A stretch of DNA of 64,000 nucleotides from an uncultured Verrucomicrobiae bacterium (GTDB lineage Bacteria > Verrucomicrobiota > Verrucomicrobiia > Chthoniobacterales > UBA10450). The stretch spans positions 864,001 through 928,000 of the forward strand of contig CAVTMK010000002.1 of NCBI GenBank assembly GCA_963735805.1, written 5' to 3'. The stretch's first letter is position 1. Each line of letters starts with the position of its first letter. Both the position numbers and the translations under genes were made by a program. Positions 1 through 10,704 of the stretch are shown one piece after another. The notes beneath the pieces were generated by a model that searched no databases, was not told where the DNA came from, and worked only from the letters and a program-made list of their open reading frames with translations.

Positions 1-802
1 GTTCATCGCTACCGGCCTACCAGTGGTCGTGCTACTTTTTGCTGCCAACTTCACCGCGTTGGCCGGCCTTTACGCCATCGGCGTCGTCGGCGCAATCACG
101 GTCAACGTCGGTTCATGCACATTTAATCGCACCAGGGGTTTCACGTGGTACGATCGCGTCCTGTTTTGCGTAACATTTGTGGTTCTGGCCTTTGTCGAGC
201 TGACGCTCGCCCACACGAAACTCGACGCCCTTCAATTCGTCCTGGCGATTTTGGTCAGTGGGCTGGCGTTACGCGCGTACACGTTAAAGCTTCAAGGCCT
301 CACCACTCTCACGGTCACGCGCGAAGTTGCCAATATGGTCACGCCCGACCTCGTGACGAACATGCGACCTCGTTTGGAAGAAGGCCAAAAAATCATGGTC
401 GCTGCGCGCGGAATTACGCCAGTGCTCAGCTTTGCGATGGATGAAGCCCAGTTGCGCAAGGCCACGCTCTTCGTGTTGTACGTGAAAGAAGTGGCGGTGT
501 ACTTTACAGCGGCCGGCACGCCGCTTGGCCGGTCCAAATGGCAGGATGATCCTCAAGCGAACGCCATCATGTGTTCGATGCTCAAACTCGGACACGAACG
601 TGGCATCAACATAGTTCCGCTTTATGCCGTGAGTCAGGACGCGGCCGCTACTATCGTAGATCTTGCCGCTACCATGGGAATCGATTTCCTGGTGATCGGC
701 GCATCGCAACGGCCGGCTATGGCCAAGTTACTTCGAGGGAGCGTTGCGACCAACGTCGCTCAGCATCTGCCTGAATCGATTAAGTTGCTCATCTTCGGTT
801 AA
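1..802 (+). CDS. APC-family amino acid permease with C-terminal universal stress protein (USP) domain, 5'-truncated by the window edge
   Basis: TM helices with LYAIGVVGAITVN, followed by a USP domain (KIMVAARG ... IDFLVIGASQR ... LLRGSVATNVAQHLP). Confidence 0.75.
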   Translation, partial: FIATGLPVVVLLFAANFTALAGLYAIGVVGAITVNVGSCTFNRTRGFTWYDRVLFCVTFVVLAFVELTLAHTKLDALQFVLAILVSGLALRAYTLKLQGLTTLTVTREVANMVTPDLVTNMRPRLEEGQKIMVAARGITPVLSFAMDEAQLRKATLFVLYVKEVAVYFTAAGTPLGRSKWQDDPQANAIMCSMLKLGHERGINIVPLYAVSQDAAATIVDLAATMGIDFLVIGASQRPAMAKLLRGSVATNVAQHLPESIKLLIFG

Positions 803-856
803 GCCAGGAACACTGGTTTTTGTAAGGAGCCCTGAAATTTTCGAACTACCGGATCG

Positions 857-1798
857 TTATTTTCGGATTCCAAAAAAGGCTTCCAGCGCGCGGGTCCCCA
901 GAGCTTTCCAAATTTTGATCACTTCATAGGTGATAACGGTAGTAAAGGTCACCGCCAGCCAAACGCAGACTGCTTCAACCGGCAGGCCGGACCACGCTCC
1001 GATCTGCAGCCCCATAAGAATATTGCTGCGATATTCCCACCAGCCGTACGGTAAAGCGAGCGTCACTTCCCAAAGCAGGCTGATAAGCAGGAGCAGAAAA
1101 AATGTGAAGCTAAACGCGCGCCAGTTGATGAATCGCTGCGCGATGTAAAAAAAACCGGCCGAGGGAATGAGCGAAGCACAAGCGAGATAGGTAAAATACC
1201 ATGGGAACCCTTCGGGTGCGCCGGAAACGAGCTTGCGGTACACAATTGCAGCCGCGATCAAGACGACACCAAGGGCGACGGAAGCAAAATGAAAGCGAAC
1301 GATGCGCGGTACATTCCTGGCTGCTTCTGTGTAGTCAGGGACGTTGTAGGCGGCCATCCAATATTCGTCACACCAGATGTAACTCAGCAGGACGAGCATG
1401 AAGCCTGTCAGATAGAAGATGAATTCTTCGATTGGAATTGCCCCGCCTAACGCTGGAATATCGCAGCGAAGAGTGGCGGCTTTGTTTGGAAAGGTGAAGA
1501 ACACGTTGCCGAAGAGAAGATCCAGCGCGAATCCGAGCGGTGTAAGGACCGCGATCGTCCTCCAAAATGCTTTTCGCGGAAACGTAAGATCAGGCCGGCA
1601 GGCGAACCACCATGCCAGGACTCCAATGGGAATGACGAACAGTCCCAGGCTCCAAGTGTATCCGAGCGGTGTCGGATTATCTGAAGTGCCTTGCAAAACA
1701 GCCGGATGAATGACAGTTCGCAGCGCAATAGCCGCAGGTACAATGAGGGCCGCCGCGATCGCAAACACGACGTAGAAGGACTTTGTCCTTTCTTGCAT
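857..1798 (-). CDS. Integral membrane protein with two lycopene-cyclase-type (CrtYc/CrtYd-like) domains
   Basis: Highly hydrophobic 313-aa ORF. Each half ends in a PxEE-like motif (GAIPIEEFIFYL; GLPVEAVCVW). Confidence 0.55.
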   Translation of the reverse strand: MQERTKSFYVVFAIAAALIVPAAIALRTVIHPAVLQGTSDNPTPLGYTWSLGLFVIPIGVLAWWFACRPDLTFPRKAFWRTIAVLTPLGFALDLLFGNVFFTFPNKAATLRCDIPALGGAIPIEEFIFYLTGFMLVLLSYIWCDEYWMAAYNVPDYTEAARNVPRIVRFHFASVALGVVLIAAAIVYRKLVSGAPEGFPWYFTYLACASLIPSAGFFYIAQRFINWRAFSFTFFLLLLISLLWEVTLALPYGWWEYRSNILMGLQIGAWSGLPVEAVCVWLAVTFTTVITYEVIKIWKALGTRALEAFFGIRK

Positions 1799-1862
1799 TA
1801 CGAGAGAGCGTAAACAGAACGGTTTTAAGTTTTAAGATTTAAGTTTAAAGATTGCACTTGTC

Positions 1863-3455
1863 GTGACTCCGCCCAAGGTCCTCATCGCCGACGCAATTTC
1901 GCAGCGCGGAGTAGATGAGCTTTCTCGCGATGGGGCAATCAAGATTGTGGTCAAAACCGGGTTGAGCGAGAAGGAACTTGTCGATCTTATTCCAGACTTC
2001 AGTGGGCTTGTCGTGCGCAGCCAGACAAAAGTCACCGCCGATATCGTGAACGCAGGGGTGAAGTTGCGTGTAGTTGGGCGCGCTGGAGTGGGGGTGGACA
2101 ACGTCGACGTTGAGGCGGCCACGCGCCGCGGCATCATCGTCTTAAATGCGCCGGGTGGAAATACGGTTTCCACCGCCGAGCATGCGTTTTCGCTGTTGCT
2201 TTCAGCGGCGCGCAAAATTCCGCAGGCCGACGCAAACGTTCGCAACAGGAGTTGGGACAAAAAGGCTTTCGAAGGAGTTGAGCTCTACAACAAGACGCTT
2301 GGCGTAATTGGGATGGGCCGGATCGGCAGTGAACTCAGTCGGCGCGCCATTGCTTTCGGTATGCGCGTGATTGCGTACGATCCCTATCTATCTGCAACGC
2401 GCGCCCGCAGCCTGCAGGTCGAGCTGGTGGACGAGCTCGATGATTTGCTTACGAGCGCGGATTTCATTTCGCTGCACACGCCGCTTACGGCAGAAACGCG
2501 GCACATTCTCAATAAAGCGCGGTTAGACAGAACCAAACGCAGTGTCCGCGTTATCAATTGTGCGCGCGGTGGCTTAATTGACGAAAACGCGCTTGTGAAA
2601 GCCTTGCAAGATGGACATGTCGCCTGCGCGGCGCTGGACGTTTTCGAGGTCGAACCGCTTCCAGCCGATTCTCCATTGCGCGGAGCTCCCAATCTTGTTC
2701 TGACTCCGCATCTTGGCGCGTCCACCGCGGAAGCCCAGGAGAGTGTTGGGATTGAGATTGCACACTCGATTCGTGCCGCGCTGATCGAAGGCACCATTCG
2801 CAATGCGGTAAACATGCCCAGTCTCGATGCAAAGACCCTGGCGATCATTGGCCCTCATCTGCGCTTCGGCGAAAAACTGGGCAGATTTCTCTCACAGCTT
2901 GCACCAAAGCGTGCCGAGACTCTGAACGTCAATTACAGCGGTAAAGTCAACGAGGTCGATACGACAGCGATCACTCGTTCAATCTTGAAAGGATTTCTGC
3001 AATTAGCCGGCGGCAGCGAAGTCAACGAAGTCAACGCGCCGGGTTTCGCCGAAAGCCTTGGTTTGAAAGTAGGCGAATCACGTATGAGCGCGCTTGGAGA
3101 CTATACAGACATGCTCGAATTATCCGCTGCGGGCGAAGGAAAAGTTGTTTCGGTCGGCGGCGCGTTCTTCGGTGCTACTCCACGAATCGTCAGCATTAAC
3201 AGTCGCCCGGTAGAAGCGCGGCCGCACGGTGTTGTGCTGGTATTGGAAAACACGGACCGCCCGGGAATGGTTGGGCGAATTGGCACTTTGCTGGGCGATC
3301 ATGGCGTAAACATCGCAACAATGTCGCTGAGTCGAAATCAGGCTGGTGGCACAGCGCTCACCGTGTTGAATCTCGATACCGCACCAAGTGAAAAATTGCT
3401 CACAGAAATTCGGGCAAGCGAAGACATTCGCTCGGCGCAGGTGATTGAGTTATGA
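1863..3455 (+). CDS. serA: D-3-phosphoglycerate dehydrogenase
   Basis: GRAGVGVDNVD, GMGRIG NAD-binding motif, INCARGG, TPHLGAST, and a C-terminal ACT domain (NTDRPGMVGRIGTLLG). Confidence 0.96.
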   Translation: MTPPKVLIADAISQRGVDELSRDGAIKIVVKTGLSEKELVDLIPDFSGLVVRSQTKVTADIVNAGVKLRVVGRAGVGVDNVDVEAATRRGIIVLNAPGGNTVSTAEHAFSLLLSAARKIPQADANVRNRSWDKKAFEGVELYNKTLGVIGMGRIGSELSRRAIAFGMRVIAYDPYLSATRARSLQVELVDELDDLLTSADFISLHTPLTAETRHILNKARLDRTKRSVRVINCARGGLIDENALVKALQDGHVACAALDVFEVEPLPADSPLRGAPNLVLTPHLGASTAEAQESVGIEIAHSIRAALIEGTIRNAVNMPSLDAKTLAIIGPHLRFGEKLGRFLSQLAPKRAETLNVNYSGKVNEVDTTAITRSILKGFLQLAGGSEVNEVNAPGFAESLGLKVGESRMSALGDYTDMLELSAAGEGKVVSVGGAFFGATPRIVSINSRPVEARPHGVVLVLENTDRPGMVGRIGTLLGDHGVNIATMSLSRNQAGGTALTVLNLDTAPSEKLLTEIRASEDIRSAQVIEL

Positions 3456-3518
3456 AAGCGTCGGATCATAGCTTAAGTCTTGCCGCATCGGTACAAATTC
3501 GATAAAACGCGGCTCATT

Positions 3519-3779
3519 ATGGACTTTAGTGCTCACTCTATTCTCTGGGTTCTGGTGATCGGTCTCGTTGTCGGCGCCCTCGCGAAATTGTTGATGCCAG
3601 GAAAAGATCCCGGTGGCTGCATTATCACAATCCTGCTCGGCATCGCGGGCGCATTCGTTGGTACCTGGATCGGACGCATTTTTGCCGGAGAAAATTACGT
3701 TGCCGGCTGGATCATGTCAGTCGTTGGAGCGATGATCCTGCTGTTGCTGTATCGATTGCTCTTCAGGCGCGGCGCTTAG
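3519..3779 (+). CDS. GlsB/YeaQ/YmgE (transglycosylase-associated) membrane protein
   Basis: IGLVVGALAKLLMPGKDPGG..TILLGIAGAFVG pattern; start taken at ATG 3519. Confidence 0.9.
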   Translation: MDFSAHSILWVLVIGLVVGALAKLLMPGKDPGGCIITILLGIAGAFVGTWIGRIFAGENYVAGWIMSVVGAMILLLLYRLLFRRGA

Positions 3780-3908
3780 CGATCGCTTGCTCATCTCGGC
3801 TGTAGCACAGGTAAAGCGGCAGTGTTCTGCTGCTTTCGGTGCGAACGATTCGATGCCTTGGCGAACTGCGTTTGCTCCGTCTCGTGAATGCGAGATTGTC
3901 ATTGCTTC

Positions 3909-4859
3909 ATGGCTGCCCCAACCAGAGTTCGCTTCATCGTTGCCTTCGCGGCTCTTTATCTTGTTTGGGGTTCAACCTATCTCGGTATCCGCTTTGCCAT
4001 TGAGACCATTCCGCCGTTTCTCATGGCCGGGGCGCGATTCCTCCTCGCCGGAATGATCATGTTCGCGATTGCGTGGTCGCAAGGTGCTTACAAGGCGAGT
4101 TGGGCGAACTGGCGCGTATCGCTGATCGTCGGCGCATGTCTGCTGCTTGCAGGCAATGGCGGCGTCACGATCTCGGAACAATACATCGACACAGGATTGG
4201 CGGCGCTGATCGTGGCGATTGTTCCGATTTATATTGTTATTCTCGGCTGGGCGACGGGAATGGCGCCCAGACCAACACCGATTGTCTGGCTTGGTCTGGT
4301 CGGTGGTTTTGTTGGTGTTGGCATCTTGCTCGGGCCAGCCCTGCATTTTCCTTCAAACGGCGAAAAACATCCTGCAATTGGAATGGCAATTCTACTCGTT
4401 TCATCTTTCATCTGGTCGGCAGGCTCGCTTTATTCGCGTGCCGCAAAACATGCTGCTTCTCCGTTTCTGACAGCAGCCCAACAAATGCTCTGCGGGGGAC
4501 TGCTGCTTCTGCTTGCTGGTGTTTTGACTGGCGAACTGCGTGGTTTTCATCCGCGCTCCATCTCAATGTTGTCGATCGGTTCCTTCATTTATCTAATAAT
4601 CATAGGGGCTGTGGTTGGTTACACCGCCTACATTTGGCTGCTTCGTCATTGTGAGCCGGCGAAGGTTGCTACTTATGCGTATGTGAATCCGATCGTGGCG
4701 GTGTTGTTGGGTGCCGCTTTTGCAGGGGAAACCTTAAGCCTGCGCGTTTTGATTGCTGGCGCGCTGATTATTGGTTCAGTGGCGATTGTAATCACGACGC
4801 AGCAACTGAGAACAAGAGCAGAGTCGGCAATTCGTCCAACGATCGAACCGGCTGATTGA
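3909..4859 (+). CDS. yedA: EamA/DMT family transporter (YedA-like)
   Basis: LYLVWGSTYLGIR, about 10 TM helices, TYAYVNPIVAVLLG. Confidence 0.88.
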   Translation: MAAPTRVRFIVAFAALYLVWGSTYLGIRFAIETIPPFLMAGARFLLAGMIMFAIAWSQGAYKASWANWRVSLIVGACLLLAGNGGVTISEQYIDTGLAALIVAIVPIYIVILGWATGMAPRPTPIVWLGLVGGFVGVGILLGPALHFPSNGEKHPAIGMAILLVSSFIWSAGSLYSRAAKHAASPFLTAAQQMLCGGLLLLLAGVLTGELRGFHPRSISMLSIGSFIYLIIIGAVVGYTAYIWLLRHCEPAKVATYAYVNPIVAVLLGAAFAGETLSLRVLIAGALIIGSVAIVITTQQLRTRAESAIRPTIEPAD

Positions 4860-4867
4860 GCGTGCAG

Positions 4868-6049
4868 ATGAACGGCGAAAATCCACTTCAGGACTCGAAA
4901 GATCGGCGCCAAACCATCGAAGTGGTTAAACGCAATTGGCAGGCGGAATTGGAGACGGCGGAGACGTACCGCGATCTGGCCGAACGCGAGCGGGACGAGA
5001 AACGCAGAGGCATTCTTCTGCGCATGGCCGAAGCGGAAGAGCGCCATGCGCAACGCTGGGAGAAAAAACTCCGAGACCTCGGTGTCGAACCGCCTGCTCT
5101 AAAAGACACGATCAAGCGTCGGCTCAACCGTTGGTGGAGCAAAATCGCCGGAGCAGAACTCACCATCCGCCGAATGGAAGCAACAGAAGAACGACAGGAA
5201 GCTGAATTTCATGAACAGGCCGAACGCGCATTGGCCAGTGAAGAAGACGTACAGGAATTTTTGCGGAAAAGCGCGCTCGAGGAAAAAGCGCACGCCCGCG
5301 CGCTAAGCGCCATGATGCCGCCCGTTAGCCCGCGCACAGCGCTGGACAAGATCCTGAAGCGCGAACGCTGGCACGGGCGAGGCGGCAGTTGGGTCGCGGA
5401 TGCGATCTACGGCGCAAACGATGGGTTAGGTGCAGTATTTGGAATAGTTTCGGGCGTAGCCGGGGCGACCAATAATCAGCAACATTACATTCTGATTTCA
5501 GGACTCGCCGGAATGCTTGCGTCCACTCTCTCGATGGGCGCTGGCGCATATCTTGCCGCAAAAAGTGAAGCGGAAGTTTACGAGGCTGAGATTTCGCGCG
5601 AACGAGCAGAGGTCGAAGAAAATCCCGAGGAGGAAATTGAAGAGATGTCGCTCTTTTATCAATTACAGGGATTCACTCCCGAGGAATCACAGAAGATGGC
5701 AGAACGTCTCGCCCAACAACCGGAACAGTTTGTACAAGCGATGGCGCAAAGTGAGCTCGGCTTGTCCGAACATCGGTTTCCAAATCAATGGACTGCTGCG
5801 ACCTCAGCTGCCATTTCCACGGCGATCGGCGCTTTTGTTCCCATCATTCCGTTCTTTTTCTTGGGCGGAATGACGGCCGTGATTATTTCCTTCGGCATCA
5901 GTTTAGTCGCGCACTTTCTGGTGGGCGCATTAAAATCGCTTATCACCATCCGTTCCTGGTGGGCGTCCGGTCTGGAAATGACTTGGATAGGCATCATCGT
6001 CGCAGTGGTTACTTATGCTCTGGGACTCGCGTTCGGTTCCTTTGGCTAA
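4868..6049 (+). CDS. Rubrerythrin/ferritin-like domain fused to a VIT1/CCC1 transporter (MbfA-like iron exporter)
   Basis: N-terminal EERH and EKAH di-iron-type motifs; C-terminal VIT1 motifs DAIYGANDGL and SMGAGAYLAAKSE. Confidence 0.85.
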   Translation: MNGENPLQDSKDRRQTIEVVKRNWQAELETAETYRDLAERERDEKRRGILLRMAEAEERHAQRWEKKLRDLGVEPPALKDTIKRRLNRWWSKIAGAELTIRRMEATEERQEAEFHEQAERALASEEDVQEFLRKSALEEKAHARALSAMMPPVSPRTALDKILKRERWHGRGGSWVADAIYGANDGLGAVFGIVSGVAGATNNQQHYILISGLAGMLASTLSMGAGAYLAAKSEAEVYEAEISRERAEVEENPEEEIEEMSLFYQLQGFTPEESQKMAERLAQQPEQFVQAMAQSELGLSEHRFPNQWTAATSAAISTAIGAFVPIIPFFFLGGMTAVIISFGISLVAHFLVGALKSLITIRSWWASGLEMTWIGIIVAVVTYALGLAFGSFG

Positions 6050-6260
6050 TCCTTGAGTATATCAGGGCGCCGGACCTTTTCAGTTCGCACCTAACGTTCC
6101 AAAGGTCACCCGCATGCTCCATACAGATTTTCTTGGGATCCCCGGCCGCTCCAACCCAGACGGTCTCCACGCCATATGCGATACATTCTTGTAACCGAAC
6201 GGCTTTCTCGGAGGTCACAAATTATAAGCGTCTTCGCATGCGCACGAGGTATGTAAAAAA

Positions 6261-7499
6261 ATGTCTAAGCGGCTTATTGTTGGAATCATCGGCGCTCTCG
6301 TGGTTTTGATCGCATGGTGGAGTTTTCATCATCGCGTTTCGTCTGATCAGCTCGGATCAACCGGTACCGTGGCCGGAACGTCGGGCAGGCATGGCGGATT
6401 TAGAGGTGGCAGCGGCGGCCCGGTGCCGGTGGTCGCCGGAAAGGTCGAGCAGAAAGATACGCCTATCTACCTCGATGGCCTCGGCACGGTGCAGGCGTTC
6501 AACACCGTTACGGTGCACACCCGCGTGGATGGCGAATTGCAGCAGGTGCTCTTCGCCGAAGGCCAGAATGTGAAAACGGGTGATCTTCTGGCGGTGATCG
6601 ATCCGCGGCCTTTCCAGGCAGCTTTAGATCAGGCGATCGCGAAAAAAGCGCAGGACGAAGCGCAACTTGCCAACGCCAAAGTCACGCTGGCACGCAACAC
6701 TGATTTGTTGAAAAAGAAGGTGATCGATCAACAAGATTTCGACACATCTAAGTATCAGGGCGATCAATTCCAGGCTGCAGTCCAGGCAGACCAGGCAGCG
6801 ATCGAGGCTGCAAAGACGCAGCTTGATTACACGCAAATCAAGTCACCGATTGACGGACGCACCGGCGTTCGACTTGTCGATGTTGGCAACATTGTTCACG
6901 CGGCCGATCAAACCGGAATCGTCGTCATCACTCAGATGCACCCGATTTCGGTCGTTTTCACCGTGCCCGAACAAAAATTACAGGAAATTCTAAGCCAAGG
7001 CGGCGCGAATGGCGGGTTGCATGTCTCTGCACTGGATCGCGGAAACACGAATGTGCTCGACGAAGGTACGCTCGCCGTCGTGGACAACGAAATTGATCAG
7101 ACGACTGGCACAGTGAAATTGAAAGCGACATTTCCTAATGATCAGTTGCAACTTTGGCCGGGAAAATTTGTTAACGCGCGTTTAATTTTGACCACGCGCA
7201 AAGACGCCACCGTCATTCCCTCAAGTGTAGTGCAACGCGGCCCACAGGGAACGTATGCATACGTCATTAAGACGGACAAAACGGTCGAGATGCGCCCGAT
7301 TAAGGTCGCGCAAACGGAGGCAAATGTTGCGTTGGTCGACAGCGGGTTGAAAGCGGGGGAGCAGGTCGTAGTGGATGGTCAATACAAACTTCAACCTGGC
7401 TCGCATGTTGAGCTGACGACACCGCAACCGTCGCAGCAAGCGCGACCGCCACAAATGAGACAATCTAGCCACAAAACTGTGAGCTCAGGAAAACCGTGA
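6261..7499 (+). CDS. mdtA: RND efflux periplasmic adaptor, MdtA-like
   Basis: GLGTVQAFNTVTVHTRVDG, IKSPIDGRTGVRLVDVGN, DNEIDQTTGTVKLKATF; directly upstream of two RND genes. Confidence 0.9.
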   Translation: MSKRLIVGIIGALVVLIAWWSFHHRVSSDQLGSTGTVAGTSGRHGGFRGGSGGPVPVVAGKVEQKDTPIYLDGLGTVQAFNTVTVHTRVDGELQQVLFAEGQNVKTGDLLAVIDPRPFQAALDQAIAKKAQDEAQLANAKVTLARNTDLLKKKVIDQQDFDTSKYQGDQFQAAVQADQAAIEAAKTQLDYTQIKSPIDGRTGVRLVDVGNIVHAADQTGIVVITQMHPISVVFTVPEQKLQEILSQGGANGGLHVSALDRGNTNVLDEGTLAVVDNEIDQTTGTVKLKATFPNDQLQLWPGKFVNARLILTTRKDATVIPSSVVQRGPQGTYAYVIKTDKTVEMRPIKVAQTEANVALVDSGLKAGEQVVVDGQYKLQPGSHVELTTPQPSQQARPPQMRQSSHKTVSSGKP

Positions 7500-10400
7500 G
7501 TATTTCCGAACCATTTATTCGGCGACCAGTTGCGACTTCGCTGTTGATGGCCGGCGTGGTTTTGCTTGGGATACTTGGCTACAAGTTGTTGCCGATCTCA
7601 GCACTGCCGGCCGTTGATTTTCCAACTATTGAAGTGACGACGTTTTATCCCGGCGCAAGCGCGGACGTAATGGTCTCGTCGATCACTACGCCGCTTGAGC
7701 GGCAGTTTGGGCAAATCAGTGGGTTGGCGTCGATGAATTCCACCAGCTCGTTCGGTACATCGACAATCACTTTGCAGTTCGTTCTCGACCGCCCAATCGA
7801 CGTTGCGGCGCAGGACGTACAAGCCGCGATCAATGTCGCTGGCGGATTTCTGCCGCCGAATCTGCCGAACCCACCGAAATACAACAAGGTCAATCCGGCC
7901 GACACGCCGATCCTTACGCTGTCGATTACATCCGATAGTTTGCCTTTGGATCGCGTGAACGACTTCGCCGACACGTTGCTGGCGCAGAAAATTAGCGAAG
8001 TGACAGGTGTCGGCCTTGTCACGATTCAGGGAAATCAAAAACCGGCCGTGCGCGTGCAAGTGAATCCAGCGGCGATTTCCGCCCTCGGGCTCAGCTTGGA
8101 AGATGTGCGTACAGTTCTCGGACAGGCGAACGTGAACGCGCCGAAAGGCAGTTTCGACGGTCCGCGGCAATCGTTCACTATCGGATCGAACGACCAAATT
8201 TTTTCCGCTGACGCTTACAAACCGATCATCGTCGCTTACAAAAACGGCGCTCCGATTCGACTCGGCGATATTGCGAACATCATCGACAGCGTAGAGAACG
8301 ATCAACTCGCGGCATGGGTCGGCACGAAAAACGGCGAGAACCCTGCGGTGCTGCTCGACATTCAGCGTCAACCAGGCGCGAACATCATTCAAACGGTGGA
8401 CCGCGTGAAGCAATTGCTGCCGCGATTGACCGGCACGCTGCCGCCGTCCGTGCACGTTTCCATTCTGGCTGATCGCACCGAGACGATCCGCGCGTCAGTG
8501 CGCGACGTGGAATTTACGTTGCTACTGACCGTCGCGCTCGTCGTGATGGTGATGTTCCTCTTCCTGCGAAAGCTCTGGGCGACGGTGATCACGAGTGTGG
8601 CGCTTCCGCTCTCGCTCATCGGGACGTTCGGCATCATGTATCTTGCCGGATTCAGCCTCGACAATCTCTCGTTGATGGCGCTGACCATCTCGACCGGCTT
8701 TGTGGTCGATGACGCGATCGTCATGATCGAGAACATTGTGCGTTATATCGAAGCCGGCGATGCGCCATTGGAAGCCGCGCTCAAAGGCGCAAAGCAAATC
8801 GGTTTCACGGTTGTGTCGTTGAGTATCTCGCTTGTCGCGGTTTTCATTCCGCTTCTGTTCATGACCGGAATTGTCGGCCGCTTGTTCCGCGAATTCGCAA
8901 TCACGATGAGCGTGGCGGTCGGAGTATCGGCGTTCGTTTCGCTGACGCTCACTCCGATGATGTGCGCAAAGCTATTGCGCTCCGAAAAAGAAGAAGAAAG
9001 AGAACATCAAAGTGCGTTCTATCGCCGGACCGAAGAATACTGGACGCGGTTTAGTAATTTGTATGAACGCGGGTTGCGCTGGGTATTCGCACATCAGCGA
9101 TTCGTTTTGGTCGTCGCTATTCTGACCCTCGTTGCGACAATCCTGCTCTACATCGTCGTGCCGAAAGGGCTGCTGCCGCAACAGGACACCGGGGTGATCG
9201 TCGGCGTGACCGACGCTGCGGAGAACATTTCCTTCAAGGCGATGTTGCAACGCGTGCACGCCGTTTCCGATATCGTCAGGCGCGACCCGGATGTCGCGAG
9301 CGTGTCGGCTTCGGTCGGCGCGGGAACAGTGAACGCGACCATCAATACCGCCCGGCTTTACATCGTCCTCAAGCCGCACAATGAGCGCGCAAATGCCGAA
9401 AAAATCATCGAACGGTTGCGCGATGCAACGCGCGATGTCGAAGGCGTCTCGTTCTTCATGCAGGCGGCGCAGGATTTGCAGATCGATGCGCGCGTCAGCC
9501 GCACGCAATTCCAGTACATTTTGCAGGATGCCGACGCGGTCGAGCTCGCAGAGTGGACTCCAAAACTTGTGCAAAAACTAGGACAACTGCCGCAGCTCAC
9601 TGACGTCGCAAGCGATCAGCAGGTGAACGGGTTGCAGTTGAACGTTGATGTTGATCGCGAAAAGGCGTCCCGGCTGAACGTACTAACACAAGCAATCGAC
9701 GACACGCTTTACGATGCATTCGGACAACGGCAGGTCTCAATCATTTTCACGCAGCTCAATCAATTCCGCGTCATACTCGAAGTGGAACCGAATTTTCGCG
9801 AGTCGCCCGATTTGCTCGACAAAATTTACGTCAAATCAAGCAGCGGTCAGCCGGTGCCACTGAGCGCGTTCGCGACGATGCACGTGAGCAACACGCCGCT
9901 CTCCATCCCGCATCAGGGACAATTTCCGGCGGCCACCATCTCATTCAACTTGCAGAGTGGGAGCTCGCTTAGTCATGCAATCCCGGCGATTCAAAAAGCA
10001 GAACGTGAAATCGGTTTGCCTGACACTATCGCAACTACATTCACCGGCGCGGCGGCGGAATTTCGTTCATCGCTAACGAGCGAGCCACTGCTGATCTTGG
10101 CGGCCGTTGTGGTGATTTATATCGTGCTAGGCGTTCTGTACGAAAGTTACATTCATCCGATCACGATTCTTTCTACCTTGCCATCTGCAGGCGTCGGCGC
10201 GTTGCTCGCATTGCTCATTTGCGGCATCGATTTTTCTTTGGTCGCGCTTATCGGCATCATCCTCCTCATCGGCATCGTGAAAAAGAACGCGATCATGATG
10301 ATCGATTTTGCGCTGGATGCCGAACGCAACGAGGGACTCTCGGCGGAAGAATCGATCTATCAGGCGTGTCTGTTGCGTTTTCGACCGATCATGATGACGA

Positions 10401-10702
10401 CAGCTGCGGCGCTGCTTGGAGCTTTGCCGCTCGCCCTCGAGAGTGGAACCGGCAGCGAGCTGCGGCGACCACTCGGAATTTCCATTGTCGGGGGATTGTT
10501 GCTCTCGCAATTTCTCACGCTCTACACGACGCCGGTAATTTACCTTTATCTCGATCGGTTTGGAGGTTGGATGAAGGAACGCCGTCGTCGCGGTGAGGTT
10601 GCTCAAGCCGAGCTACCGTTAAGAACGTCGACAGTTCTGGAACACGAACCCGAGCCGCAATTCGCCGGAGTAAACGGTGAAGATGATCGACTTGGATTTT
10701 AG
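7496..10702 (+). CDS. mdtB: RND efflux permease, MdtB-like
   Basis: FIRRPVATSLL, GFVVDDAIVMIENI, GIVKKNAIMMIDFAL, RFRPIMMTT; 1068 aa. Confidence 0.9.
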   Translation: MSISEPFIRRPVATSLLMAGVVLLGILGYKLLPISALPAVDFPTIEVTTFYPGASADVMVSSITTPLERQFGQISGLASMNSTSSFGTSTITLQFVLDRPIDVAAQDVQAAINVAGGFLPPNLPNPPKYNKVNPADTPILTLSITSDSLPLDRVNDFADTLLAQKISEVTGVGLVTIQGNQKPAVRVQVNPAAISALGLSLEDVRTVLGQANVNAPKGSFDGPRQSFTIGSNDQIFSADAYKPIIVAYKNGAPIRLGDIANIIDSVENDQLAAWVGTKNGENPAVLLDIQRQPGANIIQTVDRVKQLLPRLTGTLPPSVHVSILADRTETIRASVRDVEFTLLLTVALVVMVMFLFLRKLWATVITSVALPLSLIGTFGIMYLAGFSLDNLSLMALTISTGFVVDDAIVMIENIVRYIEAGDAPLEAALKGAKQIGFTVVSLSISLVAVFIPLLFMTGIVGRLFREFAITMSVAVGVSAFVSLTLTPMMCAKLLRSEKEEEREHQSAFYRRTEEYWTRFSNLYERGLRWVFAHQRFVLVVAILTLVATILLYIVVPKGLLPQQDTGVIVGVTDAAENISFKAMLQRVHAVSDIVRRDPDVASVSASVGAGTVNATINTARLYIVLKPHNERANAEKIIERLRDATRDVEGVSFFMQAAQDLQIDARVSRTQFQYILQDADAVELAEWTPKLVQKLGQLPQLTDVASDQQVNGLQLNVDVDREKASRLNVLTQAIDDTLYDAFGQRQVSIIFTQLNQFRVILEVEPNFRESPDLLDKIYVKSSSGQPVPLSAFATMHVSNTPLSIPHQGQFPAATISFNLQSGSSLSHAIPAIQKAEREIGLPDTIATTFTGAAAEFRSSLTSEPLLILAAVVVIYIVLGVLYESYIHPITILSTLPSAGVGALLALLICGIDFSLVALIGIILLIGIVKKNAIMMIDFALDAERNEGLSAEESIYQACLLRFRPIMMTTAAALLGALPLALESGTGSELRRPLGISIVGGLLLSQFLTLYTTPVIYLYLDRFGGWMKERRRRGEVAQAELPLRTSTVLEHEPEPQFAGVNGEDDRLGF

Positions 10703-10704
10703 TC

